From Eledone cirrhosa (lineage: Eukaryota): a DNA stretch of 64,000 nucleotides. The notes under the pieces are model-generated. The model did not search any database, was not told the origin of the DNA, and worked only from the letters and a program-made list of their open reading frames with translations. This document shows positions 15,364 through 27,649 of the stretch, one piece after another. Position numbers and translations under genes: made by a program. The stretch spans positions 27,776,001 through 27,840,000 of the forward strand of contig OZ024761.1 of NCBI GenBank assembly GCA_964016885.1, read 5' to 3'. Position 1 is the first letter of the stretch. Each line of letters opens with the position of its first letter.

Positions 15364-15395
<32 letters not shown>

Positions 15396-15614
15396 CAACA
15401 AGTCAACAAGCACGAGCACCACCAGCAGTAAAACTACTAGTATCACCACCATGACCACCACCAACAACACTATCACTACTAACACTATACACCACCACCA
15501 CCAACAACAACAACAACAACAACAAGTCAACAAGCACTAGCACCACCACCAGTAAAACTAATAGTATCACCACCATGACCACCACCAACAACACTATCAC
15601 TACTAACACTATAC

Positions 15615-15646
<32 letters not shown>

Positions 15647-15738
15647 CAAGTCAACAAGCACTAGCACCACCACCAGTAAAACTACTAGTATCACCACCAT
15701 GACCACCACCAACAACACTATCACTACTAACACTATAC

Positions 15739-15770
<32 letters not shown>

Positions 15771-16333
15771 CAAGTCAACAAGCACTAGCACCACCACCAG
15801 TAAAACTACTAGTATCACCACCATGACCACCACCAACAACACTATCACTACTAACACTATACACCACCACCAACAACAACAACAACAACAACAAGTCAAC
15901 AAGCACTAGCACCACCACCAGTAAAACTAATAGTATCACCACCATGACCACCACCAACAACACTATCACTACTAACACTATACACCACCACCACCAACAA
16001 CAACAACAACAACAACAAGTCAACAAGCACTAGCACCACCACCAGTAAAACTACTAGTATCACCACCATGACCACCACCAACAACACTATCACTACTAAC
16101 ACTATACACCACCACCACCAACAACAACAACAACAAGTCAACAAGCACTAGCACCACCACCAGTAAAACTACTAGTATCACCACCATGACCACCACCAAC
16201 AACACTATCACTACTAACACTAACACTATACACCAACACCACCACGACAAGACAAACCACCACCAGCAACACTGCACCTCTCCTTCACAATAAATGTTGA
16301 CTGCTCTTACGTTCAACAACAACCACCACCACC

Positions 16334-16365
<32 letters not shown>

Positions 16366-16802
16366 CAAGTCAACAAGCACTAGCACCGCCACCAGTAAAA
16401 CTACTAGTATCACCACCACCACCACCACCACCAACAACACTATCACTACTAACACTAACACTATACACCAACACCACCACGAACAAGACAACTACCACCA
16501 CCCACGACCACCACCACGACCACGACCAGCACCAGCACCACCACCACCACCACCACCAACAACACTATCACTACTAACACTAACACTATACACCAACACC
16601 ACCACGAACAAGACAACTACCACCACCACGACCACCACCACGACCATGACCAGCACCAGCACCACCACCACCACCACCACCAACAACACTATCACTACTA
16701 ACACTAACACTATACACCAACACCACCACGAACAAGACAAACCACCACCAGCAACACTGCACCTCTCCTCCGCAATAAATGTTGACTGCTCTTACGTTCA
16801 AC
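15315..16802. repeat. ~120-124 bp CAC/CAA-rich minisatellite (about 7 units) followed by higher-order duplications
   Basis: aagtcaacaagcactagcaccaccaccagtaaaactactagtatcaccaccatgacc recurs about every 120-124 bp; block cagcaacactgcacctctcc...taaatgttgactgctcttacgttcaaca occurs near 16264 and 16749. Confidence 0.92.
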
Positions 16803-17152
16803 AAATGACATCGCCTCAACAATGAGAGGAAAGAAAGCTAGGCTAGGCTAGACTAGACTAGACTTGACTTGACATGGCGTGAGGCATACGATACACACAA
16901 TGGCACATACCGTCGTTATAACGTTGAAATAATACAGCAAATGTTGCCGCCATATCTTGACACTTGTCATATCCTTGCAGCAGGTATGATAATTTACGAT
17001 GTCTAATAGATGCCAGCAATTAAATGGCAGCCAAGACAAATGCAAGTCTGAAACATTGCAACATGGCATCACTGCCAGCTGTTTAGTGATTGGCAGCATC
17101 GCATGAATCTACTGCCATGCGATACTGTGAGAATATGTTGGTAAAAGTTTCT

Positions 17153-17220
<68 letters not shown>

Positions 17221-17257
17221 TATTTATATATATATATATATACGTATTTATATTTAT

Positions 17258-17346
<89 letters not shown>

Positions 17347-17361
17347 TATATATATATACAG

Positions 17362-17431
<70 letters not shown>

Positions 17432-17602
17432 TATACAGTATACATATATACAGTATATATATATATCTCCGTGTCTGTGAATAAGTTGGTAAACGTTTCT
17501 GATATATATCTATAAATACATATATATACGTATGTATGTATATATATGTATGCGTGTGTGTGTGTGTGTGTATTTGTGTGTGTAAATATGTTGGTAAAAG
17601 TT

Positions 17603-17648
<46 letters not shown>

Positions 17649-18213
17649 ATGTATACATATGTGTGTGTGTATATATATATAGTATATAATTATAAAATTG
17701 TATGATGTTATATTCGTATATATTGGTGTGTTTTCAGGTTTGTATAATGTACATATTTACTCATACATGTATATATTTAAATACATATAGCTGTATATAA
17801 TGGATGTTTGTGCGTGTGTGTATGTCTGTATTTGTGTCCCTGTATCTCTATCTCTCTCTCTGTCTCTCTCTCTCTGTCTGCCTGTGTGTATGTGTATGTG
17901 TGCGTGAGAGAGAGATTGTGTGTGTGTGTGTGTATTGTATTGTCCTATCATCTCTTGAAATGTAGTTGGATATGCTGGTCTTTAATGGAGTGTATAAAAT
18001 GTAAACCTTTGCCAATAGTTAGCTATAATGTGAGGTGGAGAGCGAGACTTTAACGAGAATAACGCCAACGAAAAGACGAGGAAACGGTGTGAATTTTAAA
18101 ATGGCTACAGAAGTACTAAAACTTTCATCACACTCAATCACCACCATAATGGATCGGCAGAACGTAATCCTTGCGTAAAAGATTTATCTCTCTCCTTCTC
18201 CCCCCCCTCTATA

Positions 18214-18245
<32 letters not shown>

Positions 18246-18380
18246 ATATAGAAATTGCTTCTACAGGACTAGAACTGTTTAGGTCGGGAGAAATCATCAG
18301 GAAGCCCTGATTTATTTATACTCTGCTATGTATTGAGTACCTTACTTACTGTGGTTACCCCCGATTGAACCAGCGATAAA

Positions 18381-18385
<5 letters not shown>
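18246..18385. mobile_element. Short Penelope-like insertion, family A (inverted degenerate hammerhead + forward 3' tail)
   Basis: Minus strand gcttc CTGATGA tttctcccgacc TAAAC AG..CTG TA gaagc (GAAA mutated); forward tail gtattgagtaccttacttactgtggttacc; inside (TA)n. Confidence 0.7.
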
Positions 18386-18438
<53 letters not shown>

Positions 18439-18439
<1 letters not shown>

Positions 18440-18622
18440 GTTATTCGGTGTTGAATCGGAGGTAACCACAGTGAGTAAGGTACTCAATACATAGCAGAGT
18501 ATAACAGTTTTAATATAGATGAGATTCTACAGGACTAGACCTGTTTCATTCTTTAGAAATCATCAGGAATCTGATAATTTCTAAAGAATGAAACAGTTCT
18601 AATCCTGTAGAATCTCATCTAA
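18439..18622 (-). mobile_element. Short Penelope-like insertion, family A, with terminal palindrome
   Basis: Inverted arms at about 18516-18566 and 18571-18621; tail is the reverse complement of 18315-18385. Confidence 0.75.
18523..18571 (-). ncRNA. Type I hammerhead ribozyme motif
   Basis: gattc CTGATGA tttctaaagaat GAAACAGG tctagt CCTGTA^gaatc: stem I gattc/gaatc, stem III ACAGG/CCTGT, GUA triplet. Confidence 0.8.
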
Positions 18623-18834
18623 TATATATATATATATATATAAAACCATATTTATTCTATATATATATAACACTGATAAGCGATCAGGGTGTCCCAACAT
18701 ATGTATACATAGTTTGATTACCCGTAAAGGCAATATTTATTAGAATGCTGTTGATGTGTGTATACATTATTTTGTATATATATATATTAGCAGTAACCGA
18801 CTACTTAGCGCAGATATTTACACACGCACACACA

Positions 18835-18867
<33 letters not shown>

Positions 18868-18869
<2 letters not shown>

Positions 18870-19058
18870 CGAAGGAAATGTGGTAAGGAGCCAGGTGGAC
18901 CATAACGCACCAAAGTACTCAATACTTAGGGTAGTAGAGTGGGTAATAGGAACCAGTAAGCCCCGACTGCTGAGCTCAAGCCGTTTCGACGGATAATTCT
19001 GGACTCCAGAATTAGCCGTCGAAACGGCTTGAGCTCAGCCGTCGGGGTCTTACTGGTT

Positions 19059-19062
<4 letters not shown>
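18868..19062 (-). mobile_element. Short Penelope-like insertion, family B, with terminal palindrome
   Basis: Matches the reverse complement of 37416-37550; arms at about 18948-18993 and 18996-19062 each carry the GAAACGGC..GCCGTC half of the hammerhead. Confidence 0.8.
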
Positions 19063-19113
<51 letters not shown>

Positions 19114-19118
<5 letters not shown>

Positions 19119-19459
19119 CAAAAGGGATATTCAATCTGTTGGTAATTCAACAAATATAAATGTTTATAATTGATTCAAAGCACTCGACAGGTTTTCTGGT
19201 GTATAATATTCAATTACATTAAATAAATGGAAACTATATTTATAAAACCATATTTATTCTATTATATATATTTCAAGTGTACCAAAACTTTGGTACGCCC
19301 TCATCAGATACCGTTAAGTTCTTCTTTTCTGGTTATATCAATATTTATAATACAAACTTTGTATTTTATCTGATGAGAACGTAACAAGTTTGGTACCCTT
19401 GAAATATATATAATAGAATAAATATGGTTTTATAAATATAGTTTCCATTTATTTAATAT

Positions 19460-19465
<6 letters not shown>
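19114..19465 (-). mobile_element. Short Penelope-like insertion, family E, with inverted hammerhead-bearing arms
   Basis: Arms at about 19218-19310 and 19367-19458 are reverse complements; within (TA)n. Confidence 0.72.
19362..19419 (+). ncRNA. Minimal type I hammerhead motif (inverted partner at about 19254-19310, minus strand)
   Basis: tattttat CTGATGA gaacgtaacaagtttggtaccctt GAAA tatata TA^atagaata; the minus copy has a better stem II (gtacca/tggtac); stem III is the palindrome ATATATAT. Confidence 0.7.
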
Positions 19466-19512
<47 letters not shown>

Positions 19513-19516
<4 letters not shown>

Positions 19517-19688
19517 TTTATCCCGGGTTCAATCGGGGGTAACCACAGTAAGTAAGGTACTCAATACAAAGCAGGGTGTAAATATTTAATATAGAAAAAG
19601 GCTTCTATAGGACTAGAACTGTTTCATTCGGGAGAAATCACTCTCGAATGAAACAGTTCTCGTACTGTAGAAGCCTTTGCTATATTAT
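19513..19688 (-). mobile_element. Short Penelope-like insertion, family A, inversion junction inside the hammerhead core
   Basis: Same tail as 18315-18385 in reverse; arms at about 19589-19634 and 19641-19687. Confidence 0.72.
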
Positions 19689-20035
19689 ATTATATATATA
19701 TATATATAATGAAATAAGTTATCTCTAATCCATAAAAAGGTTCATGACCAATAAAGATTGAATTTTCAGGGCATCATTGATAAAAATATTACTTCGGCAT
19801 AATGATAATATTGCAATTGCAGTCTCAGTTTCGGTGGTCTTATTCGCACCACTCACCAATCTGGTATTTTGTCAAGTCTGCGAAGATTAGTCTTCTTTAG
19901 AGGCGGTCTTTACTCACCTCGTCGCAGCTACGTCACTGGGCTGTGACAGTTTCCTTGGGAGCTATAGGCGTCACCCATTACTTCATCTCACCTAGTATTT
20001 TCTTCGTATTACATAGATCACCAACAACCCTTTAC

Positions 20036-20315
20036 ATTTTGGTATACAGAAGTTTAAACCACGTGAGACACAGAATAGTAACAATTCTCCACAGTTTGGT
20101 ATAAAAAAGAGTTAAACCTCGTGAAATATGGAGCAGCAACAATTCTCTAGACTTTGGTATAAAAAAGGGTTATACCACGTGCGACAATGAGCAGCGACAA
20201 TTCAATAGAATTTCGTATAAAAATGGGTAAACCGTGAGACATTAAATAGCAAGATATCTACAATTTCATATAAAAGGGTTTAAACCACGTGAGATAGATG
20301 GCGGCAATATTGCCA
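20036..20315. repeat. Degenerate ~58 bp tandem repeat, about 5 units
   Basis: tttggtataaaaaag..taaaccacgtgagac..gagcagcaacaatt recurring. Confidence 0.8.
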
Positions 20316-20821
20316 CACAGACTCAATACAGCATCAACATCTACTACAACTCGGAGTAGTGATGCAAAGACAGTAGAAAATACATCGTCATGAAGGCAAA
20401 TTGATTGATACTTGCTTACGGTCTTTTGACATCGAAGGCCATGTCTATAGAGACTTCAATATCAGTCTTTTGGATCATAGTTCTGTGAACTGTTACAAAG
20501 ATAATCTCCCCTTGAGGAGATAAAGAATTTCTTTCAATACATAATGCATGTGTCGTTTAACCGAAGCTCCCCATTGTAATTCTCACCAAATCAAATGCAG
20601 TGAATCAATAATATTTGCCCTTTTAAAATATATGTTCAACGACGCTATTGTTCACAAAATGTATAATGTATATGATATGCATGTATGTATGTTTATATGC
20701 ATGTGTGCATGTAGGTATGTGTATTCATGCATGCGCACAGGCACACAAGCATACATGCTATATCTATATACATACATTTATATATATATAAATGTATATA
20801 AGGATACATATATACATATAC

Positions 20822-20862
<41 letters not shown>

Positions 20863-21084
20863 CATGATGTATGTATACATATATATATATGTATATATCA
20901 TATATATATACATGAAATATGTATACACATATATATATATATATATATGTATATACCTCATATATATATATATATGTGTGTGTGTATATCATATAATATA
21001 TATATATATATGTATATATTATATATATATATGTATATATCATATATGTATGTATATATCATATATATATATATATGTATATAT

Positions 21085-21149
<65 letters not shown>

Positions 21150-21153
<4 letters not shown>

Positions 21154-21460
21154 AGATCAAAAGATGGTTAAAAGAGTTCCAAGTATTCTATTATGTTCAA
21201 AAACAAATATCATCATGATATGATATCTGCGTTCTCATCAGATAATATAGGGATACATGATATGAAGGTTAAAAAAGACTTGTGAATAGTGAAATTTTAA
21301 ATCAACATATGAAAAATAATTTAAGTTGATGTGTGATATTGGGAAAAAGTGAGGGGGGGTTGGAAAGTGTGAGAAAGAGGAGGAGATGAGAGTAGAGAAT
21401 GGTGGGGGAGGAGTATAAGAAGGAATGATGAGAGAGGAGGAGAGATGGTTGATAGATTTA
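21150..21460 (-). mobile_element. Penelope-like family C 3' fragment with damaged hammerhead
   Basis: Reverse complement similar to 25815-26130; CTGATGA and stem II are present but stem III is deleted (GAACATA). Confidence 0.75.
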
Positions 21461-21470
21461 TACATATATA

Positions 21471-21547
<77 letters not shown>

Positions 21548-21658
21548 TATATATATATATATATATATCATATATATATATATATATATATCATATATAT
21601 ATATATATATATATATCATATATATATATCTATGTATATATCATATACTATATATATA

Positions 21659-22856
21659 GTAATAATAATAAATTTGAAGACTAAAATCCAAAGAGGGCTC
21701 GATAAGGATAAATATATATCAATATATAAGAACCGTAGAGCAAATATTTATTAAAATAACAGATTAAAGTTTAAGCAAAGAATCGCTGCTTTCACCCTTA
21801 ACGGGATCTTCTGTATTACAGCCCCACGGTGTACCCTAACGAATAGTACGATCTATACGTGGATATTTTACGTCTTGATGTGGTAGCTAAGTATATGTTT
21901 TGTTTGTACCATTACTTATTTGCATAGGTAAGTATATATTACCTGTATATATTACCTTTGTGAAGGTGCGTATATTTTCTCGTACGTATATTTGATTGTA
22001 TATGTTATGGCGTATAATTTTATATATTCTGGTACATATGGTTTGGTTATGTGTATACGGGAGTTTTGCGTCTGTGTGAGTATGCAGGTTCGTACGTATG
22101 TAGGGTGTGTGTATACGTGTACTTCATGTTTTGGATGACTTACGTCTCCGAACATTTGTGTATTTACATGTAGGTATGTGTGTGCGCTTGTTATATACGT
22201 ATTTATTTTTTTATATACGTTTATTTAATTGTTTATTTATTTGTATACACGCACACACACACACACATATTTATATGTGCATGGTTTTGTATACCTATGG
22301 TAAGTGTTTTCGCGTATGCTTGTGTATGTACGTATTTGTTTGCGTGTATGTATTTATTTAATTTCTATTACCTCTGTATTGTATTTATTTACTTTATTCT
22401 TAACTCTGAAGCGGAGATTCATTCGGTCTGCTAGTTAGAATTTTAGTCTACGACTTCTGCTATACCGTTTACGTGGTTTTGTCTTTGCGTGCAATTGTTC
22501 TCCACGCTCCACATATGACGTTTTTTTTTCGTTCATTGACAGAGAACGTCTCTATGAACCACGTAAGAGAACATTAGTCTACGACGTCTTTTATACCATA
22601 AACGTGGTTCTGTCTTTGCGCGTAATTGTTTTTCACCGATCCTATTGATGACGTATATATTCGTTTTTTCCCGTTCTTAGCCAGCGAACTTTTCCATGAA
22701 CCAAAGTATCGTCTTGCTGTCTTTCTCCGGTTGCAACGTTTTTTGAAATATCCACTTCTGTGTTTACAGATTGACTTTGTTAGTTTCAGAAGATCCCGTT
22801 AAAGGTGAAAGCAGCGATTCTTTGCTTAAACTTTAATCTGTTATTTTAATAAATAT
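21659..22856. mobile_element. Non-coding Penelope-like insertion, family D, bounded by inverted hammerhead-bearing ends
   Basis: About 21743-21813 is the reverse complement of 22787-22856; the interior is AT-rich with a diverged ~130 bp duplication (22443 and 22575); flanked by (TA)n. Confidence 0.68.
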
Positions 22857-23076
22857 ATATATATATATGTATATATGACATATAGATATATATATCATAT
22901 ATATATATGTATATATATATTATATATATATATATATGTACATATATATATATTTATATATATATATGTATATATCACATATATATATATATTATAAATA
23001 TATGTGATATGTACATATATATTTATATGTATATATCACATACATATATATATATTTATTTATATCTGTATATATC

Positions 23077-23113
<37 letters not shown>

Positions 23114-23509
23114 AGATATATACATATAAATATATATATGTATATATCACGTATATTTATAATATATATGTGTGATATATACATATATATATATACATAT
23201 ATATATATACATATATATATATGTATGAGATATATACATATAAATATATATATGTATATATCACGTATATTTATAATATATATGTGTGATATATACATAT
23301 ATATACATATATATATGTGTGATATATACATATATATGTGTGATATATACACATATACATATATATATGCATATATATATATGATATATATATATATGTG
23401 TGATATATAGAAGAACGATAGACTTTCGTCAAATCGGACCGAGGGAACAATGTTTCCGTTGGTCTTTCCAATTGCTAATACTATCTATCTGTCGCAACTC
23501 CAGGTAGAA

Positions 23510-23630
23510 GGAGCAACGTGAAATAAAGTGTCTTGCTCAAGGACATAACGCATCGCCTGGTCCAGGAATCCAACTCACAACCTTACGATTGTGAATCCAA
23601 TTCTCTAACCACTCAGCCACACGCCTTCAC
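23510..23630 (-). mobile_element. tRNA-derived CORE-type SINE 5' part
   Basis: Minus strand GGCGTGTGGCTGAGTGGTTAG (A box)...GAGTTGGATTCC (B-box-like)...TGTCCTTGAGCAAGACACTTTA (CORE-like). Confidence 0.75.
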
Positions 23631-23654
23631 ATATGATATATATATATATATATG

Positions 23655-23729
<75 letters not shown>

Positions 23730-23743
23730 ATATATATATATAT

Positions 23744-23979
23744 ATATTTATTAAAATAACAGATTAAAGTTTAAGCAAAGAATCGCTGCTTTCACCCTTA
23801 ACGGGATCTTCTGAAACTCAAAAGTTTCAGAAGATCCCGTTAAGGGTGAAAGCAGCGATTCTTTGCTTAAACTTTAATCTGTTATTTTAATAAATATTTG
23901 CTCCACGGTTCTTATATATTTGATATATATTTTCCTTATCGAACCCTCTTTGGATTTTAGTCTTCAATTTTATTATTAT

Positions 23980-23982
<3 letters not shown>
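23744..23982 (+). mobile_element. Short Penelope-like insertion, family D, 75 bp inverted arms + tail
   Basis: Arms 23744-23818 and 23823-23897 around loop caaa; tail is the reverse complement of 21659-21745. Confidence 0.8.
23821..23875 (+). ncRNA. Type I hammerhead-like motif with U4A core variant (mirror copy on minus strand; another at 22782-22832)
   Basis: aaagttt CAGAAGA tcccgttaagggt GAAAGCA gcgattctt TGCTT^aaacttt: 7 bp stem I, ccc/ggg stem II, AGCA/TGCT stem III. Confidence 0.68.
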
Positions 23983-24019
<37 letters not shown>

Positions 24020-24333
24020 CACACATATATATATATATATCATATATATGTATGTATATATATATATCATATATATATATATGTATATATATATATACAT
24101 TTATATATATATGTATATATCACACATATATATAATTTATATATTCATATATATATGTATATATCACACACATATATATATATATATGTATACATATATA
24201 TATGTATATATATATATGTATATATATGTAGGAGGTGAGTTTTATTGTAGTACAATAAAGTAATGCAGATATCGGATAAGAAGCACTCTACAGTTTGTAG
24301 GACCGGAGTATATATAATATATAAGAACAAAAG

Positions 24334-25065
24334 ATGGTTAAAAGAGTTCCATGTATTTTATTATGCTCATTTCTAAACAACAATAAAATACTAAATACTA
24401 AATCTCTTCCTTCCAACACTGAATATCATAATAATAGTAATAGTACTCCCGACGTCATTGTAAACCCTAGGCTAATTTCTGCAAACCCAAATACAACGTC
24501 AAACACAACTTCGCTAAATGTTCTTAATCCCATTCTAAATCAAGAAACAATTATTCCTATCGCAAACAACTTCTCCAATCCAATTCCTTCTATAGATAAC
24601 ACTAGGTCACACGTTAATAATCTCTCTAATCGCAATTGCAATTGCCCTGTTAAAAATAAATGTCCTCTCAACAACCATTGTCTTGATAAAAACTTAATTT
24701 ACGAATGTAAAGTTATAACTGACACCAATTCCTTCACCTATTTTGGCTCCACTTCCACCTCTTTTAAAGCTCGTCTTTATAACCATCATTCGTCTTTTAA
24801 ATACAAACTTAAAAGAACCAACACGGCTCTCTCAGAACTCATATGGTCTTTGAAAGACAAAAATATTAAATATAGCATCTTTTGGAAGAAGGTTTATTCT
24901 GCGTCCTCATACTTGAACAGTTCTCTATCCAAGATTTGCAATCTCTGTCTAAATGAAAAATTTACCATTATATCTAATTTAGATTCTATAATAAATAGAC
25001 GCACTGACTTGTTTTCTATCTGCTTGCATAAATTCCACAAAACATTCCACAAAGTATACAGCTAA
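24334..25065 (+). CDS. Penelope-type GIY-YIG endonuclease domain ORF (243 aa, no RT)
   Basis: CNC..K..CPL...C knuckle, LIY...TYFGST...FKARLYNHHSSF, TALSELIWSLK, CNLCLNEK, C-terminal CLH, as in the C-terminal endonuclease of PLEs. Expression is not shown. Confidence 0.75.
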   Translation: MVKRVPCILLCSFLNNNKILNTKSLPSNTEYHNNSNSTPDVIVNPRLISANPNTTSNTTSLNVLNPILNQETIIPIANNFSNPIPSIDNTRSHVNNLSNRNCNCPVKNKCPLNNHCLDKNLIYECKVITDTNSFTYFGSTSTSFKARLYNHHSSFKYKLKRTNTALSELIWSLKDKNIKYSIFWKKVYSASSYLNSSLSKICNLCLNEKFTIISNLDSIINRRTDLFSICLHKFHKTFHKVYS

Positions 25066-25504
25066 TATCCAAATCTTTATCAATTTAGAATCTTTTTCTC
25101 AAAGGCACATATATATATATACACTTCTTTAAAAATATACCCATCTTTCTACCTTATTTCAAATGTTTTATTATACATTATATAATACTTGTCACTCATT
25201 CTATAATACGTGTTACTCATTCTATATCGCTCCTATTTATCACTTCCCTTTCTTCTCTTTTTCTTTTAATGTCTAACCCCTAATCTGTACCTTTTCTCAC
25301 TGTTGCCTAACATAGAATCAATTATTACATAATACAATACATTCTTACTCTATGTCACCTTGTAAAAATCCTTCGTAAACATAAACAATTTTTTGACGTT
25401 AGATTATTCATCCTCAATTCATTATTCTTTTCTCCCTTTCATCTAACTCATTCATGCTCATCTCACAATATATCCTTACTTAAATTACCTGTTGTTCTTT
25501 TTAA

Positions 25505-25680
25505 TAATACATATCAATATTTTCTTTCCATCGCACATATTATTAAACCCTTAAATATCATTCTTAATACATATTAACTTTTTCTTTCCATCGCACATGT
25601 TATTAAACCCTTAAATATTATTCTTAATACATATTAACATTTTCTTTTCATCGCACATATTATTAAACCCCTCAATATAC
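25505..25680. repeat. 60 bp tandem repeat x3 in the PLE UTR
   Basis: taatacatat..ttttctttccatcgcacatattattaaaccc on three consecutive 60-base lines. Confidence 0.9.
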
Positions 25681-26027
25681 AAACCTTAACTTTACATTAT
25701 TTTTCTCTTCGTTAATTTTCAAATTCTTTTAATTTATACATTATCTTCCAACGGTTTTCAACCTCTCTGTGTAAAAACAATATATCTTTCCCAGTTATAA
25801 AAGCTATCTCTCTCTCTCTATCACCCATCTCTCCTCCTATCTCATCCTTCCTCATTATACTCCCCCCTCTCCACTTTTTACTCTCATCTCCTCCTCTTTT
25901 TCAACCCCCCCCCCTCAAAATAAAATATTTTTCCCAATATCACACATCAATCTAAAACTACTTCTCATATGTTGATTTAAAACTGCACTATCCACAAGTG
26001 TTTTTTAACCTTCATATCATGTCTTCC

Positions 26028-26098
26028 TGTTTTATCTGATGAAAACACAAATATTATTGCATGATGATATTTGTTTTTGAAATGCGCATAATAAAATA
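26028..26098 (+). ncRNA. Minimal type I hammerhead ribozyme motif with palindromic stem III
   Basis: tgttttat CTGATGA aaacacaaatatta..tgatatttgttttt GAAA TGCGCA TA^ataaaata; stem III palindrome ATGCGCAT. Confidence 0.82.
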
Positions 26099-26402
26099 CA
26101 TGGAACTCTTTTAACCATCTTCTGTTCTTATATATATATGTATAGATATATATGTATATATCACACATATATATATATTATAAATATATGTGATATATAT
26201 ACATATATATTTATATGTATATATCACATACATATATATATATTTATTTATATATGTATATATCATATATATATACACATGACATATATATATATATCAT
26301 ATATATATATACATGACATATATATATATTTATATATCACATATATATATATATATATATATGTATAGATATATGTAATGTATATATATATAGATATATG
26401 TC

Positions 26403-26457
<55 letters not shown>

Positions 26458-26556
26458 ATATATGTATGTCTTTTAGACTATTAAAAAAACGGGTTTCCTT
26501 CATGATGACAGCTCTTGCTGCAGATGTAGGCTTCAGTCGTATAACGTTTTTGGTTA

Positions 26557-26752
26557 TCTGTTCAAGGAAGGAGTAAAAATGATATTATTTGAGGGGAAAG
26601 ATGAAGAGGCGATGAACATAGTGAGATAGATGAAAGCAAAAACAACGAACAGCGTCTGTTCAAGGAAGGAGTAAAAATGATATTATTTGAGGGGAAAGAT
26701 GAAGAGGCGATGAACATAGTGAGATAGATGAAAGCAAAAACAACGAACAGCG
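26557..26752. repeat. 98 bp tandem duplication
   Basis: ctgttcaaggaaggagtaaaaatg...caacgaacagcg at 26558 and 26656. Confidence 0.92.
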
Positions 26753-26901
26753 AGAAAGAGAGAAGTGACATAAAAAAGAAATTAAAGAAGACACGTATAA
26801 TATATGCGTTTAGGATTATCTTCCTATTAAGGCTCAGAGATGAAAGGTTGAGAAGAAACGGTATGAAAATAAAATATGAATCTATCTATCTATCTATCTA
26901 C

Positions 26902-27012
<111 letters not shown>

Positions 27013-27016
27013 TATA

Positions 27017-27072
<56 letters not shown>

Positions 27073-27093
27073 TAAATAGATATATTTACACAC

Positions 27094-27141
<48 letters not shown>

Positions 27142-27177
27142 CACACATATATAGATATATTTACACATATATATATA

Positions 27178-27222
<45 letters not shown>

Positions 27223-27486
27223 GCATATATGCATATATATATACATATGAATATATATATATATATACACACATATATAGATAGATATACATATATGTAT
27301 ATACATATATATATATATATACATACATGCATATATACATGCATATATACATGCATATATACATGCATATATACATGCATATATACATGCATATATACAT
27401 GCATATATATGTATATATATATATGTATATATGTATATATATATATATCAACGTATATATACATACATATATATATATATACAAAC

Positions 27487-27550
<64 letters not shown>

Positions 27551-27574
27551 ACGTATATATACATAATATGCATA

Positions 27575-27649
<75 letters not shown>

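Larger units (their letters stand above)
24320..26130 (+). mobile_element. 5'-truncated Penelope-like element, family C, with ~58 bp inverted ends
   Basis: 24320-24378 is the reverse complement of about 26072-26130; contains the GIY-YIG ORF, a pyrimidine-rich UTR and a hammerhead. Confidence 0.88.

Noticed and set aside
13885-15540. 551-aa ORF
   Set aside because: Concatenated (CT)n, (ATC)n and (CAC)n tracts; only about 70 codons are complex sequence.
15315-16376. Repeated MLTCCCC-WWWW ORFs or a CRISPR-like array
   Set aside because: Minisatellite with near-identical units, no unique spacers, no cas genes, eukaryotic context.
19815-19862. Minus-strand TTGGTGA-stem-GAAAC possible hammerhead
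   Set aside because: Core has two uncompensated changes and stem III is unconvincing; at most a decayed copy.
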